From NCBI GenBank assembly GCA_964016885.1, contig OZ024743.1, positions 340,442,001-340,506,000 of the forward strand: DNA of 64,000 nt, read 5' to 3'. A model generated the notes under the pieces. That model was not told the origin of the DNA. It worked only from the letters and a program-made list of their open reading frames with translations, and did not search any database. The DNA comes from Eledone cirrhosa. Its lineage: Eukaryota. This document shows positions 27,761 through 53,480 of this stretch, piece after piece; within the stretch, counting starts at the first letter, position 1, and every line of letters starts with the position of its first letter. The position numbers were made by a program, and so were the translations under genes.

Positions 27761-27877
27761 ACAGGTTCGTGTGGCTGGTCGTAACCTTAGTCTCCACCGA
27801 ACTCTGTAATCTGACAAGCGATTGCAATACTCTTAGCAGAGTTTTTGCAGTCATCATGTATGTATTTATATATGTAT

Positions 27878-27981
<104 letters not shown>

Positions 27982-28392
27982 ATATATATAAAGATTTATA
28001 AATGGATATATCCACTTTCTTTTGACTAAACAAACTGATGGGAGCTCAATGTGTTGTTATGATTATTAATCATGCAGATCAAATAAATCTAAGGTAAGGT
28101 CGAGGAGATAAGATCCGAAAAATTGGAAAATAACCGGTATCACAGAGCATTAATATGTAGGTAAAGGAAAACCAAAGGCTTTTAAGGATCTAAAACAGGT
28201 ATTTTCTATCCTACGCACGATTCAGTTATCAGGAGAAGCAATACATAATCGATAATTTCGATCAATTATTTACTTTCCCCCATCACCTCACCTGGAAAAA
28301 TAAAGTTAAAAATAAAATAGTCATTGAGAGTAGAAATTGAAAATAAAAATATAAATAAAAACGCAATACAAGAGATAATTGATTTATAAACC

Positions 28393-28610
28393 AGGGCAAT
28401 GGATTGGCAGTATGAGTAGAGCGTCGGACAACCTGGTCTGTGATATATAGTTGCGACTCTTTACGTTCTGAGATCAAATCGCGCTATTGTTAGCCTGGAC
28501 TTTCATCTTTACGGGCTCGATAAATAAAGCACCAGTAATGTACTGGGGTCCATCTAATCGATTTTCCCCTCCGCACAAAATTGTTGGCCTTGTGCTTCAA
28601 GCAGAAACCA
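28393..28610 (+). mobile_element. tRNA-derived SINE (same family as 32216, opposite orientation)
   Basis: ttctgagatcaaatc…ctttcatctttacgggctcgataaataaagcaccagtaatgtactgggg…ggccttgtgc…agaaa. Confidence 0.7.
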
Positions 28611-28907
28611 TTATTTTTTAAAACAAAAGGGAGATAAACCTTTAGTTAAACATTACTTTACAATAAAAAATGAAAAAAATAAACACCAAAATGCGGAGGG
28701 CCATATGTATAAATACATATACGCATACACATATATATATATACATATGCACACACACACACACACATATATATATATAAATATAATAATAATGTCACTG
28801 ACGAATCAAAGAAAGGAAAAAGAAAAACACCCTCTTAAATATATTATATTTTCCGTACCATTTCCAATCTCACCTTCTCTCTCTCTCCCCCTGTCTCTCT
28901 CTATCTC

Positions 28908-28973
<66 letters not shown>

Positions 28974-29009
28974 TTGCAATAATCAAAGTTCAGTTTAAAT
29001 AATTTATTT

Positions 29010-29054
29010 GCTTACAATTGTTTCCTCCAAACCGAGGTTTGGATTCTTCGGAGC
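29010..29054 (-). ncRNA. Minimal HHR variant (CCGAAGA core)
   Basis: The minus strand reads gct CCGAAGA a tccaaacc tc ggtttgga g GAAAC AATT GTA agc. Confidence 0.55.
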
Positions 29055-29303
29055 TACTATTTAGTGATCTATAACATACTTGACCTCCTTTTCAACACAA
29101 GAGACATATAAAACATATGCACATATTGATCCACAGTGGGATGACATCCATCAAAATGATATAGCATGGCAATTTACATATAAAGGTTAAAGGATAAAAA
29201 TAAAAATAAGAATGAAAATAAAAATGAAGCGTTGGCAGTCTATGAAGATAAAGCAAGAGGAAAGTTTAGAGTAGTCAGTGTATGAAACAATCTCACGTGT
29301 AGC

Positions 29304-29584
29304 ATGCACGCGTGTCTTATTTATACAGGATTAGAGTGCGTCAGTATATTCAATTAGAGAAAGTTGGTTGATTGAATATCTGCCGAATTTTACATAACAG
29401 ATGGCAAGCACTCAACGTTTGTATTTATCCGGAGTTTAATTATAATAATAAACATATCTTGTGAATTTTATCTGAAGAGAACACGTTGGCAGATGTTATT
29501 CAAAAGCCATACGTCTTCGAAATACGTATAATAAGATAAATGGGGATGGACTAACGTAACCGTCTTATTTGTTTATTATTATAT

Positions 29585-29642
<58 letters not shown>

Positions 29643-29670
29643 TTATATATATATTTGTTTATTATTATAT

Positions 29671-29712
<42 letters not shown>

Positions 29713-29745
29713 ATATAATATAATAATAAACAAATACATATATAA

Positions 29746-29778
<33 letters not shown>

Positions 29779-30022
29779 ATATAATATAATAATAAACAAA
29801 TAAGACGGTTACGTTAGTCCATCCCCATTTATCTTATTATACGTATTTCGAAGACGTATGGCTTTTGAATAACATCTGCCAACGTGTTCTCTTCAGATAA
29901 AATTCACAAGATATGTTTATTATTATAATTAAACTCCGGATAAATACAAACCGATGAGTGCTTGCCATCTGTTATGTAAAATTCGGCAGATATTTAATCA
30001 ACCAACTTTCTCTAATTGAATA
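29304..30022. repeat. Tail-to-tail inverted repeat of an HHR-bearing pLTR around (TA)n
   Basis: 29304-~29600 is the reverse complement of ~29770-30022, with a few mismatches. Confidence 0.9.
29465..29537 (+). ncRNA. Minimal hammerhead ribozyme motif (mirror copy on minus at 29831-29903)
   Basis: attttat CTGAAGA gaa…ttc GAAAT ACGT ATA ataagat; palindromic ATACGTAT stem III. Confidence 0.72.
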
Positions 30023-30038
30023 TATATATATATATATA

Positions 30039-31653
<1,615 letters not shown>

Positions 31654-31666
31654 ATCGAATATATAT

Positions 31667-31842
31667 ATCTAGCGAATTTCAACCGTTGAGGTTGTATTTT
31701 TTCCGGGTATCTCAATATATATTTATAAAATAAATCTGTATTTTAGCTGATGAAAGCGCACCATAATTTACCTTGGTCGCCCTTTAAATATATATAATAA
31801 AACAATTATGGTTTTATAAATATAGTTTCCATTTATTAATAT

Positions 31843-31850
<8 letters not shown>
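31667..31850 (+). mobile_element. pLTR copy of the 53224-53485 family with an inactivated HHR (GAAA>TAAA)
   Basis: agcgaatttcaaccgttgaggttg…ctgatgaaagcgcacca…cgccctttaaatatatata. Confidence 0.8.
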
Positions 31851-31879
<29 letters not shown>

Positions 31880-32215
31880 ATATATAACATCACCCTGAAC
31901 ATCTGCAAGAGTTCAAAGCGAATCTCTCTCTCCACCTAACGCCAATTCTGTAATTAGTATTAATATAATTATGAGATATATACAAATCTGAAAGAATCTT
32001 CAAATTTCAAGTACAGATATTACGCGCTATGTAGAATTCTTTCCCCCTTTCTAGTCCTTAGAGTGAAATAACCTACCAACTTAAACACTTCAGATTTTCT
32101 ACTTATAGAGAATATTCCAGAAATACACAATATATGCAAATGCAAGATTTTGCAAATCTATCACCTTTAATTTAAAGAACCACTCTAAATATTCTCTCTT
32201 CTTACAAAATTATTG

Positions 32216-32400
32216 TTTCTACTTTTGGCACAAGGCCAGCAAATTACCTAGTACATTACTGGTACTTTATTTTATCGACCCCGTAAGGATGAAAGGCAAA
32301 GTTAACCTCGACGGGATTTGAACTCAGATTGTAAAGGGACGTAACTATGCTGGAAAGCATGGTGTCCGACCCTCTACCGATACTGCCAATTCACCGCCCT
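32216..32400 (-). mobile_element. tRNA-derived SINE (cephalopod-like); duplicate at 42985-43170, partial copy at 61640-61770
   Basis: tttctacttttggcacaaggcc…tttatcgaccccgtaaggatgaaaggcaaagttaacctcgacgggatttgaactcag…ctgccaattcaccgccc. B box gagttcaaatcc on the minus strand. Confidence 0.85.
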
Positions 32401-32816
32401 TACAAAATTATGTTGAAAGAAAAGAAAAAATACGAAGAAAACATTTGTAAACTCAATATTTATAATTCTGATGTTTTTAATGTATAGATGATTTCTTAAA
32501 TCACTTCCAAACAAAACACAGACACATACACACCCACACACAAACGCGCACACACAAACACACACACAAACGCCCACCCGCCCACACACAAACACACACA
32601 TACACACAATATATGTAAATATGTATATATATCTATACATCTGTACACACACACATACACACACATATATATATATATACAAATATATATGCATACACAC
32701 ATACACAAACATATATATGTAAATATATTAGGTTATATACATATAAGTATATATATATACATACGTAGATACACACGCACACACACAAGGCATACATACA
32801 CACACACACACACACT

Positions 32817-32910
<94 letters not shown>

Positions 32911-32992
32911 AACATGAATGGACCTGTTATTTTTATCTAAAGACATTTTTTCTTCCCGCCCGTCCCCTCAATCTATCTTATTTCTCATTCTT

Positions 32993-33028
32993 TCTTCTGA
33001 TGAAGGACTAGCGTCCGAAACGTTAAGA
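32993..33028 (+). ncRNA. Minimal hammerhead ribozyme motif (duplicate 43700-43735; decayed antisense copies at ~34845-34877 and ~44388-44421)
   Basis: tctt CTGATGA a ggac tagc gtcc GAAAC GTT aaga, the classic PLE minimal HHR with palindromic AACGTT. Confidence 0.85.
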
Positions 33029-33112
33029 CCCTCTTCCTGCTATATCAAGCGTTAACCTAATATATCCCTGTACCGATTGTGTTGTTATTTCTGTTTACCT
33101 TTTACACACACA

Positions 33113-33197
<85 letters not shown>

Positions 33198-33229
33198 ACG
33201 CACACACACATACACACCACACGCACCCC

Positions 33230-34440
<1,211 letters not shown>

Positions 34441-34613
34441 ATATATAAGTATATATCAATAATATTAATAAATGGATAATATCTTTATAAAACCATAATT
34501 TATTCATAAAATATTATTACTGGTAAAATCTGTTGAGTGCTTCTAATTTGTTGTAAAATTAACTTTGTTGAATAATCAACAAACGAAATAATTCATTGCT
34601 TATACACACACAC

Positions 34614-34711
<98 letters not shown>

Positions 34712-34715
34712 ACAC

Positions 34716-34754
<39 letters not shown>

Positions 34755-34758
<4 letters not shown>

Positions 34759-35095
34759 AAAAGGAAACAGAAATAACAACACAATCGGTACAGTATATGG
34801 AAGGGATATATTAGGTTAACGCTTGATATAGCATGAAGAGGGCTTTAACGATTCGGACGCTAGTCCTTCATCAGAATAAGAAATAAGATAGATTGAAGGG
34901 ACGGACGGGATGGAAAAAATGTCTTTAGATAAAAATAACAGGTCCATTCATGTTGACATCTCTTGCAAAACTGTTCGTGCTGGCGTTTTGTGTATGATTT
35001 ATTATTTAGTAAAGTGGATGATGGAGCGCCTCTACATGAAATGAAAAAAAAAATCGTTTTGTAAAAAGAGCTATACTTGTGCACGTGGTTAAGCA

Positions 35096-35133
<38 letters not shown>

Positions 35134-35136
35134 CCG

Positions 35137-35234
<98 letters not shown>

Positions 35235-35820
35235 ATACATCCGTACGAAGCTAAGAAGAAATGTGTTTGTATATGTGAGTAAAAGAATGTGTGTGCATGT
35301 AAGTACGAAGCTATGAACAAAAGTATGTTAATATAAGGGTGTGTATGTGTGTATACAGAACAGTGAAGGGAAAAGTGGAGTGAGCATATATACTCGGCAT
35401 GTATTAGTTTTAAGAGAAGCTGCTAATGATCAAGAGAAAGCGATAGGAAATTAGGGGTGTAATAATGGGCGGGGTATTAGAGAAAATAGGGAGGTGAGTT
35501 GAGTCCAAGAGGGGAATAGCACCCAGGGCGGTGAATCAGACTTTGTTCAGTCCTGGTGTGCGAGGCCTGTGATCCATGATGTAAAATGACACCCAGGATT
35601 GAAACATGTAGGGAATAATGACCAGGAGAACAGAAATGACGGGGAACAGGAGTATCCAAACCGAGTCGTATGTCCCTCAAATGTAATAAACAACATAAGA
35701 CAATTATTCCATTTACCAAAGGTTTCAAGAAGACAGACCTGCTTGACACAGACGTCTGAAATCGTTCGTCAAAATGAACATTTATTTAAAGCGGATGTGT
35801 TAAAGTCTAGAACAATTGAA
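34755..35820 (-). mobile_element. PLE 3' end: GIY-YIG C-terminus, 3'UTR and pLTR (duplicate 44299-45360)
   Basis: ORF 35477-35749 reads HLRDIRLGLDTPVPRHFCSPGH…EQSLIHRPGCYSPLGLNS, matching the PLE endonuclease C-terminal pattern. Confidence 0.8.
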
Positions 35821-36059
35821 AGCGAGGGTGATATAAAATAAAATAACGAATGTAATGTAATGTGGAAATTAATAAATATATATGTATATATATATAAATA
35901 TACACAAACATATATAAGCATCTACCCACGCATATGCTTATACACACACACATACATATATACAAACACATATATATACACATACACACATACATATACA
36001 CATGCGTATACATACGTACACATACACATATCCATATCTCTCTCTCTATATATATATAT

Positions 36060-38465
<2,406 letters not shown>

Positions 38466-38503
38466 TATATATACGTGTGTGTGTGTGTGCATGTATGTAT
38501 ATG

Positions 38504-38535
<32 letters not shown>

Positions 38536-38601
38536 TATGTGTATGTGTACGTTTGTATACGCATGTGTATATCTCTCTCTTTCTATATATACATATATAT
38601 A

Positions 38602-38923
<322 letters not shown>

Positions 38924-38976
38924 TATATATATATATATATATACATATATATATACATATAAATATACATATATAT

Positions 38977-41900
38977 ATATCAATGATATTAATTAATAAA
39001 TGGAAACTATATATATAAAACCTTATTTATTTTATTATATATATTTCAAGGGTACCAAAAGTTTGGTACGCTCTCATATAAAATACAAAATTTGTTTTAT
39101 AAATGGTGACATACCCAAGAAACCAGACCTTATCGGTTCAAACTGAACCTGAACCGATAAGGTCTGGTTTCCTGGGCATGTCACCATTTATAAAACAAAT
39201 TTTGTAATTTATATGATGAGAGCGTACCAAAATTTTGGTAACCTTGAAATATATATAATAAAATAAATATGGTTTTATAAATATAGTTTCCATTTATTAA
39301 TATCATTGATATTATACTCCAGAAAACTCGCCGAGTGCTTCGAATCTGTTATAAATAAATTTGTTGAATAACCAACAAATTAAATATCTCTTACATAACT
39401 AATAAGCTCTGTAGCATACATAGAGCACTCTCTTTTCCTACGGAAATACTTCATTTAAACAGCTCCCACCGGAAATGATCGAAGCATATTCTATATTACA
39501 TATATGATTGGCACCTGCCAGCCCGATAAGTTCAGCACTATACAGTTTCAGGAAATTAACCAAGATACACCATGGACGTTTATAAATTGGATTATTCTAT
39601 CAAAAATATACCTACTCCTTCCAACACCACCCATACCAAATTATTAATTGATAAAATTGAACAAGTCATAAAAAGAATGAGATGGAAGGCGATGAGTTTC
39701 GATGGACAATTTTGTGCTGATTCTAATGACTACGTTGATATTAAATCTCGCAAATACCCACCTAGAGTTAAAGACACGATCAACTTCAAAATAGACCTAG
39801 TTAACTTGATAAATGAATTAAAATACCATAAGTACAACAACAATTTTCAATCCAAACTCTTTAACGACATTTCTAATGTTAAACACTGTAAAAATACTTT
39901 CGTTTTTTCCGACAAAATCAAAAATCTTTAGGTAGTTAATAACAATTCGTATATCCAACTATTAACAGATAACATCACTGAGACCATAAATTACACTTTA
40001 CTAATCGACCCATTTGTAGACTAATCAACCCTGCTAAATCTGAAATTGGTCTTGCGAGTAAAAAAATCCTAAGAAATATAATACTTCAAAAAAGAATTAT
40101 GACTGACTTATCCCAATGGTTAAATACATCCTCTGTTATTTCTTAATATACAAGGAAAAAATAAGTGTAGTTTTACCCAATTTGATATTGTTGATTTTTA
40201 CCCCTCTATCACAGAATCCTTATCATATTTTCTAATTTAGAAAAAGAACTTTCATGCTAGAAAAAAACTACTTTTTGCTAATGAAGGTACTTTGCTTAAA
40301 TGAAGCCCTGAAAACTCTTTTGATGTCGCGATGGGCTCATATGATAGCGCCGATGTGTGCCACTTAGTAGGATTATTCCTCCTCCACACCCTTAAAGAGA
40401 AATTTCCTTGCCATAACATCGGTTTATACCGAGATGACGGTTTGGCAGTTTCTCATACAACCTTGATAAATTCCGTAAAGACTTAATCAATATCTTTGCT
40501 AACCTAAACCTAAAAATTACTATAGATACGAATCTTACTAATACTAACTTCCTTGATATCAATCTTGACCTATTTACTGCTTCTTTTAAACCCTATCATA
40601 AACCTAATGAAAATTTAAGATATATACACAGAGTCTTGTCATCCCCCTATAGTCTTTAAAAATCTTATTCCTAACATTAGCCGTAGGATCTCTACCTTAT
40701 CTTCGGCTATAGATATTTTTAACAAAGCTGCCCCCTATTATAGTAAGGCCTTCAATAGCAGCGGCTTCACCGAACAAATTAAATATTTACCTACTCCTCT
40801 TTCTAACACTAAACACAATAACAGGAAAAGAAAAATTATTTGGTTTACACCTCCCTTCTCTCTAACTGTTAAAACTAACGTAGGAAGAACATTTCCCAAC
40901 CTTCTAGATAAACATTTTACTCCCTAATCATAGATATAATAAGATATTTAATAGAAATTTAGCTACTCTTGCCGCCCATCAATGAAAACTAAAATTACCA
41001 ACTATAATGGTACTAGAGTAAATGCAAATGCAGCTGCAGGAAGCCGGAAGAATGGCCATTACAGGGCAAATGTAATATCAAATCCATTGTGTATGAGGCC
41101 AAATTGACACCGATGATTAATAACCAGCTAGCCAGAAGTGAGCGATATGTTGGCATGCCTCAGGACAGATTTGAAACCAAGTACTATACACATGTCGCTC
41201 CTTTCAAACAATCTGAAAAAAGAACAGAAACGGCGCTGGCAAATAAAGTGTGGGAGTTTAAAGACAAACATTTTTCATACTCTATTGATTGGTCTATTTT
41301 GGACCACTCAAGAGAATACCAAAAGGGCACAAAGAAATGTTCTTTGTGTACTACGGAAACATTCAGAATTCTCCAAAACTTGAAAACTCCCTCATCTTTA
41401 TTTATATTTTTCATTTGATTTGAAAACTCCCTCATCTTTATTTATATTTTTCATTTGATTTATAAATCCCTCCTCTATTTTCTACCATATCTTTAACACA
41501 TACACACTCACCACCTTCATCTTTTACCCAGATCACTTTTTAACTATATACACTTACTCTCTACCACAACTTTTACACCCCTTTTCTCCCTCACCTGTTC
41601 ATCAAAATTTTTATAATATTTGGTCTCAGTTATACCCCCTTTGTCCTTACTTACCCACTAGGCATATTTGGATGTGGGCGCATATGCAGACAGGTTTATG
41701 TGTACATACACATATATGTGTATTTATACATATATATATATATGTGTGTGTATATATATATATGTGTATATATTTTGTATGTGTATATATATATATATGT
41801 ATATATATATATTTATATATATGTGTGTGTGTGTATATATATTTATATATGTGTGTGTGTATATATATTTATATATGTATGTATAATTATATTATTTTTA

Positions 41901-42398
41901 TAACATTTTTTTTTGCGCATGGATCTGTGGGTATATCTTTTCATTTTTTGGTACCCCCTTTTATATTCCCACCTGCGAGCGTGTGTGTATATACACTTTG
42001 TCTGCCTTTATGTTTATACACACACACGTGTATGTATGCATGCATGTGTTTGTGTGTGTATATGTATATGTGTGTGTGTATGTATATATATATATATATA
42101 TATACATATATATGTGTGTGTGTGTATGGATTTATGTATATATGTATATATGTATGCGTGTGTTGATATTTTATTGCGTGTGTGTCCTCGCGCGTGTGTG
42201 TACGTATGTACGTGGGTTATGTACCTATGAATTTTATCTATCTATATATATATGTATGTATTTGTATTCGTATGTATGTGGATGTGTGTATATATGTATA
42301 TATATGTATATACGTGTATATATATATGCGTATATATGTATATATATATTTATTTTTTATATATATACATGTATGTGTGTCTGTTTGTATATGTGTAT

Positions 42399-42440
<42 letters not shown>
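38977..42440 (+). mobile_element. Near full-length decayed PLE family H1: inverted plus direct 5' pLTR, ORF remnants, microsatellite-rich 3'UTR
   Basis: Palindrome 38977-39140 / 39150-39313. ORF pieces YSIKNIPTPS…IEQVIKRMRWKA, LINPAKSEIG, QFDIVDFYPSI, FDVAMGSYDSA, GLYRDDGL, NFLDI, VYEAK…YVGM…CSLC. Confidence 0.88.
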
Positions 42441-42602
42441 GTAGGTCCCGGGTTGAGTCGGGGATAACCACAGTAAGTAAGGTACTCAATACATGGCAGA
42501 GTAAAATTTTTTATTTTATAGAAGGAGCTTCTACAGGACTAGTACTGTTTTATTCCTGAAGATTTCATCTGAATAAAACAGTACTAGTCCTGTAGAAGCT
42601 CC

Positions 42603-42610
<8 letters not shown>
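42440..42610. mobile_element. Fold-back pLTR fragment whose spacer starts with an HHR core
   Basis: Arms 42517-42555 / 42571-42609, spacer CTGAAGAtttcatct. The left arm extends to 42440. Confidence 0.72.
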
Positions 42611-48134
<5,524 letters not shown>

Positions 48135-48137
48135 TAA

Positions 48138-48208
<71 letters not shown>

Positions 48209-48212
<4 letters not shown>

Positions 48213-48890
48213 AGTTAATATAAATTAATATATATGATGAAACAGAAATACCAACATATAAGTGTTTGTATTGTAAAAGACTAAGTTAGCTAGATTGAAA
48301 AATACTAATTATAATAATACAGTTTGTCTGTCTCGATTTAAAATAATAAATCATTAAAAATAAACGATATTGGCAAATGGCCGTAGTACTTAGACAAATT
48401 TAAATTTCAAAATCAAACCTGTTCCGTAGATAAGTTTAAACTTCAAAATCCAAATAAGTTTCGAGATGGAAAAGTGAAAGCTCTCTTCAGTAAGTACCCT
48501 GAACAATTGGTATGCTTCACTTCAAAATATTTAAAAAGACTGTTTAACGCACATGGTTTTCCAGCTTCTAGCTGCCGCATACTCGTTCTGCTAGAAATAA
48601 CAGCCGTTTATATGGGGCTAAAGTTAGCTCTACATAAGGAGCAGTGATACTAAGAATAATGAGTTCTAAACTCAAGCAGTCCTTTACAATGAAATAGCTC
48701 AAAGAAAGAAGTATTTCTGAGCCGTGTAATACAAGTTAATATAAATTAATATATATGATGAAACAGAAATACCAACATATAAGTGTTTGTATTGTAAAAG
48801 ACTAAGTTAGCTAGATTGAAAAATACTAATTATAATAATACAGTTTGTCTGTTTCGATTTAAAATAATAAATCAATAAAAACAAACGATA
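48209..48890. repeat. Partially tandem unclassified repeat (48209-48370 repeated at 48729-48890), related to 30703-31260
   Basis: tacaagttaatataaattaatatatatgatgaaacagaaataccaac occurs twice. aagttagctctac and gagccgtgtaataca are shared with the 30.7-31.3 kb repeat. An inverted copy of 48350-48457 lies at 48890-49000. Confidence 0.75.
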
Positions 48891-49925
48891 TTATTTGGAT
48901 TTTGAAGTTTAAACTTATCTACGGAACAGGTTTGATTTTGAAATTTAAATTTGTCTAAGTACCACGGCCATTTGCCAATATCGTTTGTTTTGATTGATTT
49001 ATTGATTTTCTGCAGGAAGCCGGAAGAATGCCCATTACAGGGCAAATGTAATACCAAATCCATTGTGTATGAGGCCAAATTGATACCGATGATTAATAAC
49101 CAGCTAGCCAGAAGTGAGCGATATGTTGGCATACCTCAGGACAGATTTGAAACCAGGTACCATGTACACGTGACTTCTTTCAAACAACCTGAAAAAAGAA
49201 CAGCAACGGCGCTGGCAAATAAAGTGTGGGAGTTTAAAGACAAAAACATTCCATACTCTATTGATTGGTCTATTTTGGACCACTCAAGAGAATACCAAAA
49301 GGGCACAAAGAAATATTCTTTGTGTACTACGGAAACATTCAGAATTCTCCAAAACTTGAAAACCCGTCCCACTTGCCTCAACGCTAAGACCGAGATCTTT
49401 AGATGTTGTCCGCACCTGAAAATGCATCTACTTTTTAGCTGGATTAACACACCAACGATCACTCAACCACCGTGAGCTTCCTCTTTACATATCATGCCTT
49501 CTACTCACTACCAATATCATCACCTTATGAACACATACTTTCTACCAATATATACATTTAACTCCCTCATCTTTATTTATATTTTTCATTTGATTTATAA
49601 ATCCCTCCTCTATTTTCTACCATATCTTTAACACATACACACTCACCACCTTCATCCTTTACCCAGATCACTTTTTAACTATAAACACTTACTCTCTACC
49701 ACAACTTTTACACCCCCTTTCTCCCTTTTCTCCCTCACCTGTTCATCAAGATTTTTATAATATTTGGTCTCAGTATTACCCCCCTTGTCCTTACTTACCC
49801 ACTAGGCATATTTGTATGTGGGCGCATATGCAGACGGGTTTATGTGTACATACACATATATGTGTATTTATACATATATATATATGTGTGTGTGTGTGTG
49901 TATATATATATGTGTATATCTTTCG

Positions 49926-49956
<31 letters not shown>

Positions 49957-49957
<1 letters not shown>

Positions 49958-51457
49958 ACAATAGACTACCTGTATTAGACACGGAACTCTGGATTAACAC
50001 TATAGACGAGAGAGCCCAAATTCTCCACTCACACTATGCTAAACCCATGGCCTCCAAATACCTGATACTCAAATCTAAGCAATGTCCAGTAGTGCTAAGT
50101 TTAATATTCTGATCGCAGATTTGGTACGAGTGATGAAGAATGTGTCCCGCATGTGCGACCCAACAGAAATGGAAAGACACATCCAACACTTCATGAACCG
50201 CATGCAGTTCTCTGGCTACAACCAAAGAGACAGAGTCAGAGTATACGAAGGAGCCATGGAGAAGTATAAGACCCTCATAGAACTGGACATGAAAGGAATT
50301 TGCCCATTATACAGGAGCAAATCATGGAATAGCTTAGATAGGGCTAGACATAAGATAGGGAAAATCACCTCATGGTACGACAACCAGAGATACCAAAGTG
50401 CCATGTTTGTGGACGCTACCCCTGGAGGGAAATTAGCTAACCAGTGTAGAAAGGCCCTGAGAAAGACCCACTTAAAGATTAAGGTGGTAGAAAAGGCAGG
50501 AACCACCATAAAATCCCCGATCAGCAAAACCTACCCTTTTAAGAAAACCCACTGTCCTAATAGGAAATGTATCATATGTAAGGTAAACCCCCGGATAAAC
50601 TGTAAAACTAGAAATGTAGTCTATAGCATAAGATGTACAGAGGGTACTTGCAGAAACATGACAACAACATACATAGGCGAGACAGCTCGTAGCATAGGTG
50701 AAAGGATAGACCAACACTGGGGGGAACTAAAAGGACGAAAAAACGGTTCAGTACTATACGAACATGCCAGACAACAACACGAGGGTAACATAGACAACAT
50801 AGAAATTAGAATATCTAAACATAGAAATGACCCAGCAGATAGGCAAATCAGAGAGGCCAGTGTAATAGAACTTAGAAGGCCAAGACTAAACAGAAAGAAT
50901 GAATGGAATAACAACAACACCGAAACAAACAATACTGACCTAAGAGAAGTATAAATAAATAAATAAATAGATAAATAAATAAATAAATACATACACAAGC
51001 ACAATAACAACAAATACATATAAACACACACTAGTAAAGAGAGAATACATAGAATACATAGAATACAATCACGAACACACATCAAACAAAACACTATACA
51101 CACACGAAAACGCATGCGCAAAGAAGACAAAATAAAATAAACAAACAAATAAATAAATAAATATATAGACAGACTAAATAAAAATGGCGTAGACATACAA
51201 TGTAACGGGAGGAAACAATAGCACCACTGACGATGTTGCAGATGTGCAACGAAAGAACTTTGATAAACTATATATATGTGTTTGTGTCTATATTGTATCT
51301 GTATTATTTTTGACCGTCGGTCAGTCAATTTCAACATTGAGGACCGAATAAATTAGATTACCGATATAAAAGACACAGTAGCGAAAAGCGAAAACCAACC
51401 AAACAGTGAGTGTGTTCTGTTATTAATTCTGGCAATATTACACAAATATGACCCTCC

Positions 51458-51460
<3 letters not shown>
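49957..51460 (+). mobile_element. 5'-truncated PLE family P2 (thumb plus intact GIY-YIG ORF 50082-50954, 3'UTR, pLTR)
   Basis: CPNRKCIIC…VVYSIRC…YIGETARSIGERIDQH…RQIREASVI…LNRKNEW. Bounded by (TA)n. Confidence 0.92.
51223..51264 (+). ncRNA. Minimal hammerhead ribozyme motif of family P2
   Basis: acca CTGACGA t gttgca gatg tgcaac GAAAG AA CTT tgat. The minus-strand copies at ~36380-36421 and ~45887-45928 have a CTGACGT lesion. Confidence 0.65.
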
Positions 51461-51509
<49 letters not shown>

Positions 51510-51695
51510 GTGTGTGTGTATATATATTTATGTATGTATGTATAATTATATTATTTTTATATAAACTCTTTATTTTGCGCATGGATCTCTGAGTATACCT
51601 TTTCATTTTTTGGTACCCCCTTTTATATTGCCACCTGCGAGGGTGTGTGCCTTTATCTTTATACACACACACGTGTATGTATGCATGCATGTGTT

Positions 51696-51768
<73 letters not shown>

Positions 51769-51771
<3 letters not shown>

Positions 51772-52162
51772 GTATAGGATTATCCTAGATGCAGTAATGG
51801 TTAATTACAACACTGGATAGAGTTGACGTACGGTGAGAGGTTACTCAACGAGTTATGGAAGAATTGTTGAAGAAACTTAATTCCTGATCCTTCTGTATTC
51901 CGGAGTGTAGATAAAGAATGAATAATAACAGGTAGACATCATAAAAAGGTAATTTATTCTGTGTGCTTACAAATGTTTCCACGGTGGTTATACAGCCTAG
52001 TTATGCTATGTGCAAATTTATAACTATTTGCAAAACTCAATTATCAAATGCTGTGACCACTGTGTCATCAGAGCAGAATGGTTAAAATGTACAATGTAAA
52101 TACCCTTAAGTGAGGTTATTGGGGAAGATAGAGTAGAAAAGGAAGAGACAAAAGAGGGGAGA

Positions 52163-52196
<34 letters not shown>

Positions 52197-52774
52197 TGCA
52201 CGGTTGGAGAAATGGGAGAGAGTGGTTTGTAGATATCTTAATCAAAACGTTGTGGTAGGGTTTTATTATACTGGTTACTCTTAAAGCGCCCACCTTAAGC
52301 GATGCGTTGATAGTCAAGGTTGGAATTATTTATTGCCCCAGAGGGCAGGTTCATAGATGTGGAGAGGGAGAGAGGTAGGCCTAGGGCGAGAGAGAGAGAG
52401 AGAGTGGAATGGATAGAGAGGGAGAGATAGAGAGGGGACAGACGAAAGCTATGGGGTGGGTGAACATTGGGTTCATAGTAGTAATCTGCGAATTGCTCTA
52501 AGTTACCATGTATAGTGATAAGCAGGGTATTGTCTTGTAGTGTGGGGGAAGAGAAAGTGGTTAGCTAGAAAGCAATGTTATAGTTACGGGTTCGAATGTT
52601 AAGTTATTTTATAGTGAGAGAATTTAGCATTTAGTTTGTGGTTGCAGTATAATGATCGTTCGATTCTATCGTTAAGTAATAGTTATAAATTTGCGCATAG
52701 CATAACTAGGCTGTATAACCACCGTGGAAACATTTGTAAGCACACAAAATAAATTACTCTTTTATGATGTCTAC

Positions 52775-52778
<4 letters not shown>
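51769..52778. mobile_element. PLE-type 3' remnant with an inverted terminal segment
   Basis: 51928-52028 is the reverse complement of 52678-52778. GAAACATTTGTA HHR half-site. (TA)n flanks. Confidence 0.65.
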
Positions 52779-52863
<85 letters not shown>

Positions 52864-53114
52864 CGTGTGTGGATTTACGTATATATGTATGCGTGTGTTG
52901 ATTTTTTTATTGCGTGTGTGTCTGCGTGCGCGCGCGTGTACGTATGTTCGAGGGTTATGTACCTATGATTTTTATCTATATATATATATGTATGCGTATG
53001 TATGTGGATGTGTGTATATATGTATATATATGTATATACGTGTATATATATATATATATATATGCATATATATATATATATATATATGCATATATATGTA
53101 TATATATATATATA

Positions 53115-53188
<74 letters not shown>

Positions 53189-53292
53189 CTGTTTGTATAT
53201 GTGTATAGGTATATATATATATATCAGCGAATTTCAACCGTTGAGGTTGTCTTTTTTCCGGTATGTCAATATTTATTTATAAAACAAATCTG

Positions 53293-53358
53293 TATTTTAT
53301 CTGATGAAAGCGCACCATTATTTACCTTGGTCGCCCTTGAAATATATATAATAAAATA
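53293..53358 (+). ncRNA. Minimal hammerhead ribozyme motif (H1 pLTR)
   Basis: tattttat CTGATGA aagcgcacca ttatttacct tggtcgccctt GAAAT ATAT ATA ataaaata; perfect 8-bp stem I. Confidence 0.75.
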
Positions 53359-53480
53359 ATTATGGTTTTATAAATATAGTTTACATTTATTAATATATTG
53401 TATATTTACTACACTAAACTGTTGAGGGCTTTATATCAGTTATAAACATTTTTGAATCCCAAAAAATTAAATATAACCTC

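Noticed and set aside
41382-41461. 40-bp tandem duplication at the end of the H1 GIY-YIG
   Set aside because: Explained as a local deletion/duplication scar relative to 49360-49600; ordinary decay.
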